Assembly (NCBI GenBank): GCA_014382365.1
Contig: JACNJW010000035.1
Location: 1,165-65,164 of the forward strand
DNA length: 64,000 nt
Source: SAR324 cluster bacterium
GTDB taxonomy: Bacteria > SAR324 > NAC60-12
Direction of reading: 5' to 3'
Below the pieces are notes generated by a model. The model made no database searches. It was not told the DNA's origin and worked only from the letters and a program-made list of their open reading frames with translations. This document shows positions 59,031 to 64,000 of the stretch, piece after piece. Positions within the stretch are counted from its first letter, which is position 1, and each line of letters starts with the position of its first letter. The translations under genes were made by a program, and so were the position numbers.

Positions 59031-60860
59031 ATGGAAAATACCACAACAAATAATCGTATCCGAAACATTGCCATCATTGCACATGTTGATCATGGAAAAA
59101 CCACACTCGTTGATCACATGTTCCGTCAGAGTGGACTCTTTCGTGATAATCAGTCTGTAGATGAACGTATCATGGACAGTATGGATTTGGAACGTGAAAG
59201 AGGAATCACAATTGCGGCAAAAAACTGTTCTGTCACCTGGAATGACACAAAAATAAATATTCTTGATACTCCCGGACACGCAGATTTTGGCGGAGAAGTT
59301 GAGCGTGCCCTGATGATGGTAGATGGTGCAATCCTGCTGGTTGATGCTTCAGAAGGTCCTTTACCGCAAACTCGATTTGTCCTGAAAAAAGCCCTTGAGG
59401 GTCAGAAAAAAGTGGTGGTGGTAATCAATAAAATTGATCGACAGGATGCACGTGTCACAGAAGTCTTAAATGAAATATATGACCTGTTCATTGACCTGGA
59501 TGCAACTGAGGAGCAACTTGAATTTCCAGTCTTGTATGCAATCGGTAAGGATGGCATTGCCAAACATGATATGGAGGATGATTCTGATAGTCTATTTCCT
59601 TTATTTGAGATAATTGTTAAAGAACTGCCTGCACCAAAACATACTCCCTCAGAACCATTTCAGATGCTGGTTGCAGATTTGGATTACTCTGACTATCTGG
59701 GTCAGCTGGCAATTGGCCGTGTTGCAAATGGTACTGCTGCAAAAAACGAACAGCTGGTTTGTATTGGTGAAGGAGACAGGGAAATTGCCCTGCGGGCCAG
59801 TAAAGTTCAGGTTTATGAAGGCTTTACCATGCAAGAAGTAGATCAGATTGAACCGGGTGAAATAATGATTCTGGCTGGAATCGAAAATGTCCGGATCGGT
59901 GATACAATTTGTACCAAAGAACAGCCCAAAGCACTCAAAAGAATTACCGTTGATGAGCCGACCATCTCCATGTATTTCTACACCAACACCTCACCCTTTG
60001 CAGGTCAGGAAGGAAAACTGGTTCAGTCAAATAAAATTAAAGAGCGGCTTTACAAAGAATCTCTTTCAAATGTTTCGCTGCAGTTTGAAGAAACAAAAGA
60101 TGCCGAACGCTTTCTGGTCAAAGGTCGGGGTGAGCTGCAGATGGCAATTCTGATTGAAACTATGCGGCGCGAAGGTTTTGAACTCGCAGTTGGTCGGCCT
60201 GAAGTTATTTATAAAGAAGAAAAGGGAGAACGCTTGGAACCAATTGAGCATGTTTATGTGGATTGCGAAGAAGGATTTTTAGGTATAGTATCCGAAAAAC
60301 TATCACTGAGAAAAGGTCGGATGATCAATCTGGTAAATCACGGCACAGGCCGGGTTCAGGTTCAGTTTAACATTCCATCCCGAGGACTAATCGGCTACCG
60401 CAACGAGTTTTTAACTGATACACGGGGCACCGGAATTTTAAATTCATATCTTTCAGGATATGAACCATTTAGAGGTGATTTTCCTATCCGTTTTACCGGC
60501 TCAATTGTAGCAGACCGCCAGGGTAAGGGTGTCCCGTATGCACTTTTCAATTTGGAACCGCGTGGAGTTTTGTTTATCACTGCAGGTGAACGTGTCTATG
60601 AAGGCATGATCATTGGTGAACATAACCGTGACTCCGACCTCAACGTAAATCCCTGTAAAGAAAAGAAACTCACGAATCACCGTGCTTCCGGAAAAGATGA
60701 AAACACTGTGCTGACACCAATTATTCCCATGACTTTAGAAAGAGCAATTGAATTCATCCGTGAAGGTGAGATTGTTGAAGTCACTCCGGATAATATTCGT
60801 TTACGCAAAGTCTTGCTCTCCGCAACCGGACGTCATACTGCGCGGCCGCCAAAATCATGA
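59031..60860 (+). CDS. typA: Translational GTPase TypA/BipA
   Basis: RNIAIIAHVDHGKTTLVD, ERGITI.AKN, DTPGHADFGGEVER, GRGEL, MRREGFE. Confidence 0.98.
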   Translation: MENTTTNNRIRNIAIIAHVDHGKTTLVDHMFRQSGLFRDNQSVDERIMDSMDLERERGITIAAKNCSVTWNDTKINILDTPGHADFGGEVERALMMVDGAILLVDASEGPLPQTRFVLKKALEGQKKVVVVINKIDRQDARVTEVLNEIYDLFIDLDATEEQLEFPVLYAIGKDGIAKHDMEDDSDSLFPLFEIIVKELPAPKHTPSEPFQMLVADLDYSDYLGQLAIGRVANGTAAKNEQLVCIGEGDREIALRASKVQVYEGFTMQEVDQIEPGEIMILAGIENVRIGDTICTKEQPKALKRITVDEPTISMYFYTNTSPFAGQEGKLVQSNKIKERLYKESLSNVSLQFEETKDAERFLVKGRGELQMAILIETMRREGFELAVGRPEVIYKEEKGERLEPIEHVYVDCEEGFLGIVSEKLSLRKGRMINLVNHGTGRVQVQFNIPSRGLIGYRNEFLTDTRGTGILNSYLSGYEPFRGDFPIRFTGSIVADRQGKGVPYALFNLEPRGVLFITAGERVYEGMIIGEHNRDSDLNVNPCKEKKLTNHRASGKDENTVLTPIIPMTLERAIEFIREGEIVEVTPDNIRLRKVLLSATGRHTARPPKS

Positions 60861-60902
60861 TTTCAACAAAGTGTGGTAATTGACTGAAAAGGAACAGAAA
60901 CC

Positions 60903-61595
60903 ATGTTCAGCTACAAATCCTTTAGTGAAGGTCTGAAATCCAGCCTGCCGATTGTGGCAGGGTATCTTCCAGTCAGTTTTGCCTTTGGAGTGGCAGCAGA
61001 AGGAGCAGAATTGGGAACGTTGCCTGCGGTTTTTACTTCACTCTTCATTTATGCCGGAGCCAGCCAGTTTGCACTGGTTGGCCTGCTCAAAGACGGTGTC
61101 CCCATTCTGAGTGCTGCATTAATTACACTTGGCCTGAACATTCGACACTCCCTCTATGGCCCAGCTTTATCCCGGGATACTGAAAATTTTTCATTGAGAG
61201 AACGTCTGCTTTCTGCCTTCGGTCTAACTGATGAGGTATTTGCAGTCGCATTTTCCCGTATCGGAAAAAGACCTGCAGCAACCAGATTCTGGTGGCTCAT
61301 GGGTTTGGAGTTTGCTGCATATACCAGTTGGGTTGGCGGTACCTTAGCCGGAAGCATCAGCGGAGTGCTGCTGCTCAGTCATTATTCTTTTTTAAGACCG
61401 GCACTTGCATTTGCACTGCCGGCTCTTTTTCTCAGTTTGCTGCTTTCCATGCTCAAACCCAGCAATCGTTCGGCAGTTTTAATTTCTCTGATTCTGGCAG
61501 CAGTTTTCCATTGGAGCGGACACACAGAAACTGGAATCATTGCTGCGGCACTGCTGGGACCAGGACTTGGAATTATCGGCAGGAGATGCCAGTGA
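60903..61595 (+). CDS. azlC: AzlC-family branched-chain amino acid exporter
   Basis: P...GY.P...AFG, YAGASQF, N.RH.LY, LTDE.FA, W..GT..G, F...ALF. Confidence 0.92.
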   Translation: MFSYKSFSEGLKSSLPIVAGYLPVSFAFGVAAEGAELGTLPAVFTSLFIYAGASQFALVGLLKDGVPILSAALITLGLNIRHSLYGPALSRDTENFSLRERLLSAFGLTDEVFAVAFSRIGKRPAATRFWWLMGLEFAAYTSWVGGTLAGSISGVLLLSHYSFLRPALAFALPALFLSLLLSMLKPSNRSAVLISLILAAVFHWSGHTETGIIAAALLGPGLGIIGRRCQ

Positions 61596-61921
61596 AAACA
61601 GATTTTATCTTTGCTGTGCTGCTGATTGCAGTTGGAACATATCTAATTCGTGCAGTTCCGTTTGTACTTAGTTCCAGAAGTGCAACAGAAAAGAAAAACC
61701 GGACTCAAATCCAGCTTTTTTTTCAACTGATGGGGCCTTCAATTATTGCTGCTTTACTGGTGGTTTCGCTGGAATCTCCTCTGGAACCAGGGGCTTCCTC
61801 CCAACTGGTTAATGCAGCTTTTGGTTTTGCAGGAGTAACAGTAAGTCGGTGGCTTTGGAATAATTCTGGAATTAGTGTACTTGCAGGCATTGTCTGTTTT
61901 ACTGCGGCGCTGCTGGTTTAA
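61592..61921 (+). CDS. azlD: AzlD-family membrane protein
   Basis: GTG start overlapping the azlC TGA, AGGAG SD; GTY..R..PF, P..IAAL; four hydrophobic segments. Confidence 0.8.
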   Translation: MKTDFIFAVLLIAVGTYLIRAVPFVLSSRSATEKKNRTQIQLFFQLMGPSIIAALLVVSLESPLEPGASSQLVNAAFGFAGVTVSRWLWNNSGISVLAGIVCFTAALLV

Positions 61922-61935
61922 AAGCCACAAAAATT

Positions 61936-62856
61936 TTATTCAGCAGTTTCCGGTATATCAAAACTCAAACGGCCCAGTCTGCCTGCCCTGAAATCACGAA
62001 GCAGCAGACTTTCCGCACGTGGGTGATCAATTTCTCCTCCGCCTTTCAGGCAACCTCGTTTTTTGGCAATTTTTTCCAGCAAATCTCCAGGAAGCAAACC
62101 CAGATCTTCCCGAGCCAACTGATAGTGCTGCAGAAGCTGCTCCGGTGCTTTTTGCAGTAAAATTTCCAACAAATAGTCACTCAACATCGAAGTTCCAACA
62201 ACAGAATCTTTGATGGCACCAGTAATCGTCAACCGTAAACCAGCTTCGCGATTTTCTATTTTTGGCCACAGAATTCCGGGAGTATCCAGCAGTTCAACAT
62301 CTTTGCCCAATTTGATCCAGTCCTGATGTTTTGTCACTCCGGGATTAGGCCCTGTTTCGGCTGCTTTACGCTTTGAAAGTCTGTTTATTAAACTGGATTT
62401 GCCAACATTTGGAATACCTGTAATCAACAGTTTGAGTGATGGAGGACGTATTCCACGCCTATTAAAATTGGCCCATTTTTCCTGCATTAATTTGCGTGAT
62501 AGTGGTAGTATATTTTGCAGTTCCCGTTTGTTCATTGCATCCACAAAAAGGAATGGTGTCGTTTTTTTTTGAAAGTAGGCAACCCATTTTCTGGTTATTT
62601 CTACATCTGCCAAACCGGTTTTATTGAAAAGCAGGATCCTCTTTTTTTGCTGCAGCATTTCCTCAAAATCCAGATTTACCGAAGAAAGCGGAATTCTTGC
62701 GTCCCTCATTTCCAAAACAACATCAACACGTTTGAGCTGTTTCGCCAAGGCTTTTTTGGCTTTCAGCATATGACCTGGATACCAATTTATATCCGGTGTA
62801 TCCCAGCTTTTACCCAATAGTTCCGGTGCTTCTATGACTCCGTATTTGATCCGCAT
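61936..62856 (-). CDS. rbgA: Ribosome biogenesis GTPase RbgA/YlqF
   Basis: I.WYPGHM.KA, DARIP.SS, G.PNVGKSSLIN, PGVTK, LLDTPGILWP, DFR.GRLG. Confidence 0.95.
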   Translation of the reverse strand: MRIKYGVIEAPELLGKSWDTPDINWYPGHMLKAKKALAKQLKRVDVVLEMRDARIPLSSVNLDFEEMLQQKKRILLFNKTGLADVEITRKWVAYFQKKTTPFLFVDAMNKRELQNILPLSRKLMQEKWANFNRRGIRPPSLKLLITGIPNVGKSSLINRLSKRKAAETGPNPGVTKHQDWIKLGKDVELLDTPGILWPKIENREAGLRLTITGAIKDSVVGTSMLSDYLLEILLQKAPEQLLQHYQLAREDLGLLPGDLLEKIAKKRGCLKGGGEIDHPRAESLLLRDFRAGRLGRLSFDIPETAE

Positions 62857-62862
62857 TTTGCT

Positions 62863-63750
62863 TTACCAGTAGTATGTTGTGCTGATTACCTGCTCATCCG
62901 GTTCTGCTTCAGCCTTTTCTTCAACTTCCTGATCCTGCAGTCGTCTCTCAGTAGCGAGCATACTGCCCTGTTCAATGATGTCACGAATAACATCTTTTCC
63001 GGCTACCCGGCCTTCATCATCTGTGTAGCCCAAATCTTCAACAGAGAGCTGCTCCTGAACAATCTGCTCCATTTCATCAAAGAGCGTTCCCATGCTTAAA
63101 TCGAATTTCCAGTCAGGATTTTCATAAAAACTCTCTGCACTCAGCAGAGCCAGGAAAACAACTCTGTAGGGATCAATGCCCTTTTGTTCTGCAACCGCAA
63201 CCCGCAAATCAGACCACCTGTCACCTTCCAGCAAATCTGTTTTTGGATCACCAAATGTACCTTCAGCTAAATCAACATAGGCATAGACATCAAAATGTAC
63301 TACATATGCTTCAAGTTGATCTACTAAGTGCTGATAAACCTCAAGACCTTTTGCAGATACCTGATAATAGTTGTCGCTGCCGACTGTCAGAGTACCCCGC
63401 TGCTCCATAAAGTTCAGCAGGGCCTCTAGTCCCTGGTCGTCTTCCTCAAAAAGAGCCAGATTCAAACGACAGCTTTCATTTTCCTTCAGCTCTTTTTCAA
63501 CTTGTGTCAAAGCTTCTTTTGCTTCAGACAGTTCATCTTTTTCAAAGCCCAGTTGTTGTTCCTGTTCTTCGGAATGAAAAAAACCTTTTTTCAGTTCAGC
63601 AACTTCCTTTTCAAGTAGACTCACGGATTCAAGCAAATCTTCTTTTTCGTGCAGCAGCAGATCAAAACGCATCAACTGATCCAGGAGCAGTAATGCCCCA
63701 AATTCCTGTTTTGATTCCGGACTCAAAAGACTTAAAGCAGTAGATTTCAT
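62863..63750 (-). CDS. Acidic hypothetical protein (coiled coil plus possible winged helix)
   Basis: 295-aa ORF 6 bp upstream of rbgA; conserved-looking FDVYAYVDL and DLRVAV...GIDPYRVVFL segments. Confidence 0.7.
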   Translation of the reverse strand: MKSTALSLLSPESKQEFGALLLLDQLMRFDLLLHEKEDLLESVSLLEKEVAELKKGFFHSEEQEQQLGFEKDELSEAKEALTQVEKELKENESCRLNLALFEEDDQGLEALLNFMEQRGTLTVGSDNYYQVSAKGLEVYQHLVDQLEAYVVHFDVYAYVDLAEGTFGDPKTDLLEGDRWSDLRVAVAEQKGIDPYRVVFLALLSAESFYENPDWKFDLSMGTLFDEMEQIVQEQLSVEDLGYTDDEGRVAGKDVIRDIIEQGSMLATERRLQDQEVEEKAEAEPDEQVISTTYYW

Positions 63751-64000
63751 GAAAAACTTATATTACAAAAAACTATTAATTTGTTCTTCTCAACAATAAT
63801 GAGATTGATCTATCAAAAAAAACCTGTTAGAAACTAACCTATAAGTTAGAATAACTTACACTTTATCACATTCAGAAATTATTCGCATCAGCTTCAATGG
63901 ATGTGCTTCACTTAACAATTTAATATTTGAGCTGCTTAACACAGCACAAAAAACAGTAAGTAAAAAAGGGGTTATTGTGCAGGATAACGACAACAGGCAA

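Noticed and set aside
61292..61591. N-terminal 100 aa of the 209-aa ORF 61292-61921
   Set aside because: It overlaps azlC in another frame; the real azlD most likely starts at GTG 61592 after an AGGAG SD
63751..64000. Possible gene fragments at the right edge (open frames on both strands; GTG at 63977)
   Set aside because: Truncated by the window and no recognisable motif

Overview
A 64-kb, gene-dense chromosomal segment of moderately low GC from a Gram-negative bacterium. The gene content suggests a marine SAR324-like or other deltaproteobacterial lineage, which is an inference only. I found no rRNA, tRNA, CRISPR array, IS element or prophage. Most of the window is housekeeping: uppS-cdsA-dxr-rseP, argJ, hemH, gatB, ccmCDE, pyrG, gcvP, rnr, typA, rbgA. 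Three parts stand out. (1) 18957-24313 is a self-contained type I secretion (T1SS) locus. It has its own promoter and a structured leader, followed by a 332-aa hyper-acidic Gly/Asp/Met/Cys protein with 14 tandem heptads GD[MV][TSE][GD][CV]x and no signal peptide or RTX motif. Next come a strong hairpin, an HlyB-like ABC transporter with a dead C39 domain and a degenerate ABC signature, and an HlyD adaptor carrying an N-terminal cyclic-nucleotide-binding domain. This is the best candidate for an undescribed system: cNMP-gated export of a sulfur-rich, beta-solenoid-like protein. (2) 1240-13030 is a glyoxylate/nitrogen supercluster: a Na+-pumping decarboxylase oadGAB (OadB with an extra exported biotinyl/lipoyl-like domain), glnK-amtB, the complete beta-hydroxyaspartate cycle bhcABCD without bhcR, and malate synthase. 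(3) 54666-58997 is a translationally coupled run of nucleases: a phage RecE-like exonuclease, a NUDIX-metallo-beta-lactamase fusion and RNase R. All family calls come from motif recognition, not database searches.
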